Shown here one piece after another: positions 1 to 12,329 of a DNA stretch of 64,000 nucleotides. The notes below the pieces were generated by a model, which was not told where the DNA came from, searched no databases, and was given only the letters and a program-made list of their open reading frames with translations. Each line of letters opens with the position of its first letter. Positions within the stretch are counted from its first letter, which is position 1. Source of the DNA: Octopus vulgaris (Eukaryota); assembly GCA_951406725.2 (NCBI GenBank), contig OX597826.1, positions 39,928,001 through 39,992,000 on the forward strand, given 5' to 3'. The position numbers and the translations under genes were made by a program.

Positions 1-2199
1 TTTGTGTTTGCTTGTAGTTTTCGTAACTTTGTGTGATAAGATCATTTTTTTCCCTTCTGTGAGACATTCAGGTTTTGTTCATGTCTCCACCAGCATCTCA
101 TCAAGCTGCTCTTTATGTTTCAGTTGTGTGTCCCTATAAAATATCTTAACCAGAAGTGTGGATACTGTTGTATGAAGGTGCCCTGTAGTTGTTTGATTTT
201 TGCAATACTTATATTAGCTCCTCTGTTGTTATGAGTGTCCAGAGTCGTTTAGGAACTATGTGTATTGTTTTGATTAATCTTTCTTTTCTCGGGTAATTCC
301 TTTGAAGCCCGTAATTCTTCAAAAATCCTTTTTATTGCTCTTGCTGCTTTTGCTTCCTTAGCCGTTATTATATTTTTACCAGCTTCTCGGTAGAATCTTT
401 TTTAGGTGAAATCAAATCGTTTTGTTCAAGAAATTGTTGGCTTTTTTCATGCCGACGATATTTTATAATTTAACGAGTATCTCTTGTTTTAAATACTACT
501 TTATTTCTGGCACCTCTTTGCACTATTATTTTACATTTTTATGGTATTTTTCATTCTTTCTTATTTAGTATCGCTGTTTTGTGTCTGTTTTCACAAAGGG
601 TTGACAGGTACTTTTTCTTATACTCTTTTTCTGAATATTTGTTTTCTATAGCATTTGTTTGGTTTTCAATATTTCTATTTGGGTGAATCTGGGGAAGTAT
701 TCACTGTAGTTGTGATTCGAAACCGAACTGATAGATAACCTGTCAGACATCATGATCAAACCACACTAGTTTCAGGGGATCGGTATTTTAAGCAACCAAT
801 CATCGTGTGATTCAATTCTCTAGAATCTTCTTCTTGTACCTTATATAAGAGCTGCTTTTGGTACCTAAAATCGTTGCAGAGTATTGAGTCCTGCCGACTC
901 ATTCACACATCTCACCTTTTGCCAAGCAAAGATAACTGAGCGATAAGCGCCTCCTCTGTTACCAGATGGCCAACTCAGGCTGAATCATCCACATGTCTAA
1001 ATTCTTGCCATACAGAATGTTGAGGCGGCTGCACGTTGTCTCCATTCTCGCCACAGGCACACGGTTAAGACAAATGGCAGATAGTCGACAGAAATCTTCG
1101 TCACCATGAATAATATATAATTCTTTCTAGTTATGATGAACTAGTCACATGTTGCTGTAAACTCCATGCAGTACGTCTCTCCTATTATGTAATTACTGCT
1201 GTTATTATTTTTAAAATACCAAGACAGTTAAACTTTATGTTAAATCATAAAATCTATTTGTTCGCGAGTGTTGTAATCTACTTCTTCACGTTGCCCAAGA
1301 AACATGTTTTCATTTATCTGCTCAAACATTTAGCACTTCACAAACCAACACACTAATGACGTCACTTTCGTCTGTGGTCACAGAGACTGCTGCATATATT
1401 TTATTTCGCTTTGTAACGTTGATATTTGCACCTGTCATAATTCATTCTGAGATAGCCAAATTTATGTTTCAACTGTTGTTGCAGTCTTATCATTAAATCT
1501 TGTTTGCAAAGTGCAAAATTGTTTTCAATTTTTGAATTATACTGAAGTTTAGAATATCTTGATCATGATCTACGATTGTAGAATTTTCTGGTTCTAGATC
1601 TGCTTCATATACCTCCCCATTGATACATTTGTTCGTGCTGTTCTGGATAGCTATCGTTTGGATATTATTGTGCAGCCCCTGATGTTGAGTTTGTTGTGTT
1701 TCATTGTATATTTCGTTTGTGTAAGGCTTATCATTGTGTTTTCCAATCTCAGTACTTTTATTGTTGTTCGGTATTTGTGAGCATTCACTGTGCTCTTCTA
1801 ATACATTGAGATGTTTTCAATTTCTGAAAGTTTTTATTTTCGAGAATTTATCTCTTGTAGTTAGTTTTATGGGTTTCAGCGGCTTCTTTAGATCTGAGTT
1901 ATTTTTCTTCTCCGGTCTCATGGCGGCAGTTCCATCAGATGATGTCAGTTGGTCATCTTCGAACCGAAGGACGAACATTATTATACAAATATGTTATTTT
2001 ACGTTCGCTTTGTAGATAAAGTCCCACTGTAAAACTAAGCGTGTAGTTTAGAAACATATACCTTTCGTGTTCATTTACATTTATCTAATCTTATTCGCAA
2101 CAAGTGAGACGTAACGCTCAGCTCTTCATTTAGTTTGTTATCACTTTGGTAGAGGACTAGCCCATTATTTTCATGTCCTTCCAAATATCTCTTTATAGT

Positions 2200-2540
2200 G
2201 TCATTGCGTTCAATTAAATAACTAGAACACGGAAAAGCTCAGAAATTAGGAAAGTTCGTTTGTCAGGGTTGTATTCTTTCCCTATGCTTCTTCAACATCT
2301 ACGCTCAGTTGATTAAGCGAGAAGAAATACAGGAAGTTTTGACATTAAAATACGTAGTTTGCATATACGTAATCTAAGGTATGAAGACGATACTGCTCTA
2401 CTGGCCAAGACTGAAGCCCGACTAAAAGAAATGATAAAGAGAATCGAGAAAGTATCAAATACGCATGATCTTTATCTCAGCCATAAGAAAAAAATCATGG
2501 TAGTAGGAAAAGAGAATGTACGGAAAATACTGTATCAGAA
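2200..2540 (+). mobile_element. Decayed RTE-like RT fragment
   Basis: VCQGCILSLCFFNIY..NLRYEDDTALLA. Confidence 0.75.
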
Positions 2541-3171
2541 AATCATGATTCCTAAGACAGATAGAAAACTAGATTTGATATAAGGAGCAATTGATTGTAT
2601 TGACCTTAATACTTCATTGGTATTACTTTTATCGACCTAAAACGCGCGATAGCGGTGGAACGACACTGAATTTAATGCAAAGAATACAAGGCACTTTCTG
2701 GCTCTTGTAAAACTAATAACACCTCAGCGAATCGACACACGCAAGTTTGTTCGAGTGTGTGGGTGTGGAGTGGGTGTAGATGAGAGAGAGACAGGGAGAG
2801 AAAGGGACAGTGTGTTAAGTAGAACATATTCCTAGTCTACAAAATTTTATGAAAATACAATTTTTCCGACAAATTTCATAGCTAATATAGAGGCGAGATA
2901 ATTTATTATAAAGAACCAATGGAAGAAGACGAACATTGTTAAACTTTAAGATATTTTAGCTTGATGACATTTCTAGAAAACGTTGTTTTGTTTCCATTAT
3001 TTCTCATTATTTAACTTATTAAAGATTGAAGAAACTTTGGTATTTAATCAAGAATGCTTCATGTGATAAACATTGCACCTTTTCCATTCACTCATTATTA
3101 AGGGACAAAACACGCGAACACATGTGTGTATATTTATCGATTTGCTTATGTAATATGTGGATTTATATCAG

Positions 3172-3313
3172 CGTAGGCAGTCTGTGTGGTAAAAATCTTG
3201 CTTGCCAATATCATGACCCGAGTTCAGTCGTGCTGCCTGTATTCTACTGTAAGCTCAGACAAACCAAAGCCTTGTCAGTAGTTTTAGTAGATGGAAATTG
3301 AAAGTAGACCATC

Positions 3314-3315
<2 letters not shown>
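3172..3315 (+). mobile_element. SINE family B, degenerate 5' half
   Basis: ctgtgtggtaa..gagttcagtc..ccaaagccttgt..ggaaattgaaag. Confidence 0.7.
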
Positions 3316-3363
<48 letters not shown>

Positions 3364-4343
3364 GTTACGTAGATGGATCGGGACCTCTGTATTTGCGCAG
3401 GACCTCTGTGTTTTGGTGGTGCCTTGGGTTGTAGGTTGTCCATACTTGGACTACTACTCTAATTGCATACTACAAGTTACTCTAATTGCATACTACATCA
3501 CGAAAATAGTTAAAGACATTTGAGAAATTAGTGGACTATGCACCACGCTACCAAATAGCCAAACCCTTTTGAGAAAATAGTTGACTTGAACCTCGTGTGT
3601 CTATATAACATGTCTTTGGTAATAATTTACTTTATATTATCTTTTAAACATTTATATATTTTGCTATAATCGTAACAAGGTTTTAATAATAATAATTGCT
3701 AAGTATAGATATTCTTTTATTAGTTTCTGATTTATTAAGGATATTTAAGTATTATCTATTAAATAACTGGTGTAAATCTAACAATAAAATATGTAAGGAA
3801 AGCGACTAATACGTATGGAGTGTTTTAATTATTAACTTTTGGGATATGATATAGTGTAATTCACTAGAATTATATTATTAGTTAACTTAAGTTCAATCGA
3901 GTTTGTTTCGTTTTGGAAGGAACAGAATATTAAATCTTTCACTGTTATATTAGCAACTATGGAAGAATGGTGGGAGAGTAGTGGGAATATTGTCTGTATG
4001 GACTTCAAGTTAGAAAATTTAGGAGTTATTTATAGGTTTGCTTATAGAATTATTAATTAAACGATACTGTGTTTGTACGTTGGATAAATCTAGTTTCTTT
4101 GTTGTAGTTTAATTATTAATAATAGTGTTTAATCCTTCCTAGATTTAAGATTGGATGAATGTGGTGATATCCAAGGTATGTTTGTTCCCAAACAACACTT
4201 ATTTCAGTGCTGTTAAGACTGCCAGATTGAATGGTACTGCCCAGGTGTCGAAACCATCTTGATATCCGTGGGGCAACTGATGATGGAGGTCTGTTGGATT
4301 GTTAGTATGGCTGTTATTGTGCAGAATAGTTTTATAAGACATC

Positions 4344-5937
4344 CTGAGAATGCGTGTGTGTCTGTCTGTCTATCTGTGTTTCCCTAAAACTTGAGAACTA
4401 CACAACCAATTTCATTCAAATTTTACACATGCCTTACTTAGGGTCCGGGGAGTGCCATCGGCAAAAAAGTGTTCAACTTCTTGCCTAGGGCGAGCTTATA
4501 GCAATGTCATATCTTCTCCACTATTTCAGTATTACGTGTTAAAAGTGAAACAAAAACATTTCTCTATTTTATGTCAGATACTTTCACTTTAATAATAAAA
4601 ATTAGAGATAATAATAACAATTGAATTAGATGTAGTAAGTAATAATTAAAATCAAACTAAAGTATAATATAATCGTAACATAGCAAAAGTAAAAATAGCA
4701 ATTGGTATAAAATTGCATCAAAGACTTGAACTTGAATAAGTGGTTTCACATGAATGGGAATAAATTAAAAATAAAATTAGCGTGCAGAAATGGAATAGTC
4801 CAAATGGAGGTGTGGGCTACCGTTTACCACGGCTTTTACATTAGATTATCTGATAATTAGCTAGCATTAAGTATCTATATGAAGTTTGGCTGTACGTAAT
4901 GTCTTTTCTCGAACAGCCGCTTCTACTGAGTACTGCTGTTGGTTTATTTCTTATACATAAAGGACTATAGCTTCAACTGTGTACTGCTTTTTGATTCACC
5001 GTAAGGTTTGTTGTTATTATTATTACTGTTTAACTATAGTTATCATGTTTGTTAGTTCCTTGTAAGGAAAACGTTGTTGTGTTGCATTTGTTAAATAATT
5101 GTAAACTGTAACCCTCCTCCTTCGGGAGGAGGAGCATTTGCTATTGTTTAAAAATTGAATTGTGTCCCTGTTTGGGGAAATTGACAATGTTTTCACCGTT
5201 TACACGGAAGCAGCTTTGTTAGAATGCCTTCGATAGAAGAAAGTCCAAAAATGAATTTCACTGCAGCCGTCGGCGGGCGCGAACTCATTAAAATTAAAAT
5301 AGAAGAAATACAAACCTATTTTAGATTGATCAACGACAAAGACGGTGAATCTAGGATAATACCACCAAAGGAAATAAAAAATTAAATTAAAGAAAAGACT
5401 ATTGTCTATAAAATGTAGAGAAAAAAAAGATTTGAACACCTGAAGGAAAGCACCATCGAAAGTGTCTTGGTGCGACTATAAAAGATATCTAACCAGAGGC
5501 AGTAAATTCGCCACAGCACAAGCAAGGTTCAAGTCAACGGAGCGTGCAAGGGAGTACTCGACTCGAACCTTGCAAAGTGGAAATATTTTATTTTTACCTT
5601 TATATCTGGGAAGTAGGACGTCCCGGATAAAAATTTTAAATGTCCCCCCAGAAGTAGAGGTAGGCTGAATTGTAGCCACACTTCTATACAAGAGGGAGGA
5701 CAAGATACAATTGATCGAAATTGCAAGAGGCGGGCCTACGATTCCAGTCTGTTATATATTTTGAGTATTGTTATCACTAGCGATATCAAGATATAACTTT
5801 GTATTTTGTATTTTATGTGTAGATGTATATATATATATATATATATATATAGATGTACATGTAATATGTACACATGTATATACACATATATACATGCACT
5901 AGCACTGTGACCCGGCAACGACGGGTCACAATGCTAG
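4344..5937 (+). mobile_element. Non-autonomous Helitron, copy 1
   Basis: 5' (tgtc)n..aaccaatttcattcaaattttacac region. 3' palindrome actagca-ctgtgaccc-ggcaacgac-gggtcaca-a-tgctagt ending CTAG|T. Homologous to 29641-30660. Confidence 0.8.
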
Positions 5938-6178
5938 TATACATATATATATATATATGACAAACTCAAATTAGGCAATCGACTTTTATACATACGCATA
6001 TCGTTATAAATTCGATTTCAAATGCCTATATATATATATATATATATATAAATTTATATATATATATATATATATATAAAGTTAATCCAAACAAGAAAGC
6101 ACAAAAAAACACAACAACGCGAGGACGTGGAACAAATATAGTATTATTGGACGCTCAGGAAAAAAGGAAAGAAGGAGA

Positions 6179-6213
6179 GTTTAACGTTTCGAGCGGAGCT
6201 CTACATCGGAAAC
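6179..6213 (-). ncRNA. Variant-core hammerhead-like motif
   Basis: Minus strand: gttt-ccgatgt-a-gagc-tcc-gctc-GAAA-cg-tt-aaac. Confidence 0.5.
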
Positions 6214-6456
6214 ATAGGAGAAGGAAAGATCCAGAGAAGAGAAGACAGAGGAAAAAAATCGCCAACGGTACACACGAGGTCACTATATTAATACATATCG
6301 ACATATATCAATATTTTAAAAAATAATTTTAGAAATATAAATATATATACATAAAAATACATGTAAATAAAATCCTTGTGGGAAGTATATGTATGAGAAA
6401 TTTAAGAGCAGTTATGATTTTCAATTAAAAGAACAATAGAATTCAATGTGTTTCTT

Positions 6457-6494
<38 letters not shown>

Positions 6495-6744
6495 GGTATA
6501 TAAGGTATATAATAGAATTCGAGGAAGTCCTCTTTGTCTGGCTGTTTCCAGAGTTCATGTCCCGGTAGAGTAATTAATAGAAATCTTACAAAACATGCGG
6601 ATAATGAGCCCTTCAACAGGAAGTGTATCCTCCCAAATAACATTCTTGTCATATATATATATATATATATAATCTAAACTGGTCGTATGCATACGTGCAT
6701 ATATATGTATGTATATGTTCGTATATGTAAGTATTCGTATGTTG

Positions 6745-6775
<31 letters not shown>

Positions 6776-6795
6776 TTATGTGCTATCTACGTGTA

Positions 6796-6845
6796 TTCCA
6801 CTGATGATGGCAGAGCATCTCTTATGCAGATCCAGAAATCTGGAA
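6796..6845 (+). ncRNA. Hammerhead-like motif lacking stem III
   Basis: ttcca-CTGATGA-tgg..gcat/atgc..cca-GAAA-tc-tggaa. Confidence 0.5.
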
Positions 6846-6983
6846 TTATTCAGCAATTTTTTTTTTGCTAGTTTATTTTGTCTCTTTGTCTTCTCTCATG
6901 GTGCTGTATGAACATTTAATGTGGTTTCAGAGTTAGGTTTTGGCTGCTATTTCTAGCGTGGTGGTATCTCTTAGATGCCATTA

Positions 6984-7014
<31 letters not shown>

Positions 7015-7372
7015 CATATGGAGAGAGAGAGAGAGAGAAATAAAGAGAGAGAGAGAGAGAGAGAGAACGCGAGAGAGAGAAAGAGAGAGAGATAGGCAGA
7101 AAGAGACAGCTGGTCGTGCAAACACACATACACAGCCACACATTGATTCTAGCTGCAATGAATACATTCGCTGGCATCGTGTTAACTGAATTACTGCGAA
7201 AATGTGTGTGTGTGAGAGAGAGAGAGAGTGAGAGAATGTGTGACAGTGTATGTTTTGGTTAGTGGTAGGAGTTATTTTGATATCCCCAGAGGAATCCTGA
7301 GACAAGTTCATGCCGTGTGTCATTGTATTGTGTATCTCCTCGACAGCATTTCAGCATATATTTTCTCATACA

Positions 7373-7375
<3 letters not shown>

Positions 7376-7443
<68 letters not shown>

Positions 7444-7573
7444 ACAAAGAGAGAGATGGACAGTCACTGTATATATTGGTACATATGTGTATGTATGTTA
7501 ATACATATAAACATATATATATGCACACACATGTATATATGTATATATATATACATATGTATATACATATATG

Positions 7574-7640
<67 letters not shown>
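7376..7640. repeat. Opposed (CA)n and (TG)n tracts
   Basis: Direct reading. Confidence 0.9.
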
Positions 7641-7643
<3 letters not shown>

Positions 7644-8556
7644 TATATTATATGCATATATTTATAAGTTTTAGTCGACTTTCATAAATGAAAGCAATAT
7701 CGATTCTTTTATCTAACACAGTGGCGGAAATCCTTATGTTTTCTTTGCCTTGTCTCCGCTCAAAAGGAGTATTAATGATGTGCTACCTGCCTTTAGCAAC
7801 TTGTAATGAATGGCGTTAGATATTATTTCCTTATAGTCACGTTTTTGTCAGATCAATTTATCATTTGAGCAGCATAACACAATGACGTATTTTTCTGACC
7901 TCTTCAGGAACATCTTGACAACTGAATATGCGCAATTTTTTTATTTTAATCATAATGTTCACCACCAAACTTGTTTATCAATTCCAGAAACTAAACCAAA
8001 ATGTCTATATAAAGCTCAATCACGCAAACTTTTTCTTCTCTCTTTTATGTTTCCATACACATGAAGAATTGTGAAAGGAAATAACTGGATGACATCCTGT
8101 TTTCTAGTTAGTTGTATTTTTACTATTTCTGTTGGTATCAAACTTTGCACACTACGCATTTCTAAACATTTTCATTTCTAATTATGTTACTTAGCCGATG
8201 ATATATTCCTTAGAGCCTGGTTGCAGAGATGAAAAGCGTAAAAAGAAAAACAAGTTAGTATGTGGCTCATCAATGACATTAGATGTTTACAATTGTGTAG
8301 ACTATGGTTTGCTTCTTTCCTGTACAACCATATAGGTTTGCTAGTCTTTTCATTTTTCCATTACATACAAAATACAAATATCAATTGTATTAGCGTTATC
8401 ATCTCCTTTCCCATTATATTTCTTTAATACTATCTCCCTTGTGGCCGACTCTCAACTCAGTGTTTGATTCCTCTTGTGCTTCATGTCTTCTATCAAATTA
8501 TTATGGCTGTTATCGCCTTCATCAAAGTAACAAACTTGTACTTTAAGTACGAAGAG

Positions 8557-8722
8557 CAGTGATTCCTAACCTTTTCACTACCACGGACCCCTTTTATTTA
8601 AATGAGTTACCTTCACGGACCCGAGGTTATTGTAAGGTATGTCAGCTTAACATTTTCACGGATTCCCAGTACTACCTTGGCGGACCACCAGGCATCCGCG
8701 GATCACAGGTTGGGGACCACAG
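8557..8722. mobile_element. hAT-Charlie-type MITE
   Basis: TIRs cagtgattcctaacct / aggttggggaccacag. Degenerate 8-bp TSD acgaagag / acgtagaa. Confidence 0.75.
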
Positions 8723-8895
8723 ACGTAGAATAAGGGCTCTGTAACAATGATTACTTGATTGTAGATAAATACACTAATATGAAGCATTATTTCTATTTTA
8801 ATAAGACAGAGATGAGTTAGCTTTAAGTCTTTGTTTATATTTCATAGAAGATTACTTCCAAAAGATAGTGTGAGAGTATGCACATGAAGTTTATG

Positions 8896-9588
8896 CGTCC
8901 CCAAAGTCCATCCCCTCCTCTCCGTGGCGGGGACGCTGGCAACAGGTAGTGTCAGAGCTATGCCGTCGGGAACTTCGGTTCCCGGTAGGGTCACCCAAGG
9001 CGGATTGGTCCGACTCTAAGTGGTATTAGGGCCACAACCCGACAGACGGGGCTCTTGTGGAAATCCTCGGAGTGTCTGTTTCGGCAACCGGCGGCTCATC
9101 GGTCCCTGCGTCTGCGGACAATCTGCGGCAAACAAGATGTCACTACATGCGGGATTGTTGGCGACCGCTTGTGAAATCCATATTCCCACGATTCTTCTTC
9201 CCACCGCCAATCTCCGACTTCGCCTGTCTCTGCTGCCCTTCCATCTGTCCTTCTGCAACGGCGCTTGCGGTGGTTTGGCCATGCATGTAGGCGTCCGGTG
9301 GGTGAACTGAGTCGTGATGTCCTTCTCCCAACTCCACTTCCAAACTGGCGGAAACACGCGGGCGGGCAACTGAAGACCTGGGCTACGACGATCAAGGAGG
9401 ACCTCTCAATGCTCACGGGTCCGCAGGTGGTCAGCCTGCGCCGATGGAACCGTGACTGGCTCGCTATCTCCAGTGAACTGGCGCAGGACCGTCGTGCGTG
9501 GGCTGTCATGGTTCGAGATGCCTCGAGGGTGGTAGAAGAAGCCGACTCAACCCGCCCAGCGTGAATGTCGCCACAAGTACAAGTAAGT
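8896..9588 (+). mobile_element. Bipartite (internally deleted) RTE-clade element
   Basis: TSD aagtttatg (8887-8895 / 9589-9597). C-terminus RRLRWFGHA..GGQLKTW..LAQDRRAW. (CAAGTA)n tail. GC-rich 5' UTR-like head. Confidence 0.85.
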
Positions 9589-9780
9589 AAGTTTATGATT
9601 AATATCGAGTGGCTGTAAAGATAGTCTCTTCCACTAAAACTCTACAGTATTTCACTATTTCTAATCTATTTCATGTCAGAGATTATACGGAAGGTGCAGC
9701 TCTTTTTTTTCTCTTCTGGAAAAAAACTGGATTTTAGCCGATATGAATCTTAGGGGAAGGTGGGAAGAAGAGAGATACAC

Positions 9781-9828
<48 letters not shown>

Positions 9829-9960
9829 AACAAAAACGTGCTGGATGAATATCATAATATTCTCTAAAATACACTCTTTGTAATAAAATTTTGCAGCGAT
9901 AGGCTTTTGGTGGAACAGATTGCGACTATGTTGATAAAAGTTTTAAACATATTAACGTAT

Positions 9961-10455
9961 AATAGTAACATTATTATCAGTTCGAATATACTTGAGATAT
10001 GTTCGAACCGGTGAATAAGCTCACTGCCTTATGTCACGGAAAGTATAACCCGTTTGTTGATAAACGGTGTGTATAGACCTAAATCAGCTCTAAGCGCCAC
10101 CTACCTAGACCGTGAGATGCAAGCATTTCGGAGTATTTATCTCCTCTTCGGTCGCAGAAACCAGACAGGCGTGCCTCAAGCATATCCAGACTGAAATTTA
10201 TTTACGGTGAGCTGCCGCACAGCGTTATCTATCGCCGTATGGTAACTGGAAAAGCATAAGAGAATTAGTCTCGTAATTTAGCTCGTAGCGCCCCCTATGT
10301 GGGGGCCGTGACCGAAGAAGAGATACCTATTCTGAATTGCTTGCACATCACGGTCTGGGTAGGTGGCACTGTAAGCTGACAAAACGCAGTGAGTAGCTTG
10401 TTACCCAGTTCGAACGTGCCTCAAGCATATTCGGACTGATAACAGCATTACTATT
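9961..10455. mobile_element. Foldback/MITE-like element with long imperfect inverted arms
   Basis: aatagtaa..tatcagttcgaatatacttgag versus ctcaagcatattcggactgataa..ttactatt; gccacctacctagaccgtga versus tcacggtctgggtaggtggc. Confidence 0.75.
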
Positions 10456-11210
10456 TTACTTATCACTGCTTAGCGCTCCCGCTCAGTAATATTAACGTAT
10501 ATTAACGTATTGCTAAAACGAGGTGGTATGAAAGAGTTCCCGGTCTGGTTATGATTAATAAAAAATAAATTATTTACTTTTAGCATCATCTCCTTCGAAC
10601 TGGTTTCGTTGCACAGCTAAACACCAGCCCCAACGTTCTTGTCACTTTTAGAATCCGGCCTGGAAGTCAATTTCCTTAAGCGAGTCGGAGACCTTCTGTT
10701 CTTGCTGTCGACAACGATGTTAAAACGGCAACCTTTGCGTCAAATGGCTTTTGTACATAGTAAGTATATCCCAAACATAGGTGCATATATCTAAAAGTTA
10801 ATTTGTTATAATCATATGTGTGCGTGAGCATTATGACTACGGATGCATATATGTCTGTGTCTGTGTTGTGGGGGGTTATGTGTGTTGTATGTGTGCAGTG
10901 GGTGTTGTCTGTTTTGTATGTGTGTGTGTGTGTGTGTGAATGTCAGTGTCTATGTGTGTGCATGCGCGCCTGCATTTCTCTGACTGGACTGTCTTCAATG
11001 CACACAGTCACACAAACTGTCTCATTCAATATTTAAATCTCATTTCCCAAAATATTTTCGTCGCTTTGAGACCGCGACCTGTTCACTGACAAAATTGGAA
11101 ATAGATGCGTCGAGTTCAATTAAATAATAATGAATATATATATATATTCTTCGCCATGATAGATCGTTAGCCACTACACACATTTTTCCTCTCCTTTTTT
11201 TTCTGTGTCC

Positions 11211-11246
11211 CTTTCTGTGGAAGAGCGTAGGTTCGAAACGTAAAAG
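11211..11246 (+). ncRNA. Variant-core hammerhead-like motif
   Basis: cttt-ctgtgga-a-gagc-gtag-gttc-GAAA-cg-ta-aaag. Confidence 0.5.
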
Positions 11247-11285
11247 ACTATTCCTGAGCGTTATACTAATACATCTGCAAACTCT

Positions 11286-11486
<201 letters not shown>

Positions 11487-12099
11487 TACATGCATATGTG
11501 AGTACTAGACGTCACCAAACGGTGCAAATAACATGAAACAAGTAAACAACGAGGAAAAATGGGAAAACAGGACAAGTAACCACAGAGAAAGGACGCTTCA
11601 TCACTTGTCGTGTATCTATCTGCTCCCCATTTCAACGATAGTACGAGATTTCAAAGTCAGTTGCTCCCATAAATTTCACGAGAAAACTTAGAATTTATAG
11701 AGGGTCAGGTTGGGAAGGAAAACATGATAGTGGAGACAAACAAAAAAACTGAGCGAAAAAAAACATGGAGTATCGATAGAGCTGAACGAGAGTAAAATAG
11801 TGAACGCTGGGAGAAACATTTTTTTTTTGAAAACTGAACAGATAGAAAAGAGAGATAAACACGTCCGCATTTTTGAACATCCGTGCAGGAAAAATGGTCA
11901 CGGGGGGATAAGATAGATGGACGATTTGTATATATATATTTATACTTACCTATAATGTCTACAAATAAAATTATATATATTTTCCTGCTTTGTAAGGGTT
12001 ATTTTACCAATATCTGTGCTGAAAACAATTATCATTTTGTTTCTATCTTACAATACATATTTCAACGCTTATAAAAAAAACAAATGAAAACAAATGATT

Positions 12100-12135
<36 letters not shown>

Positions 12136-12154
12136 AGAGAGATGGATAGATATG

Positions 12155-12259
<105 letters not shown>

Positions 12260-12329
12260 GTATATATATATATATATGTATGTATGTATATATACACACG
12301 TATACACACATTACTCTAAATCCCATTGA

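Noticed and set aside
6971-7674. ORFs rich in YI, HT, CV and LS repeats, here and throughout the window
   Set aside because: They are translations of stop-free microsatellites.
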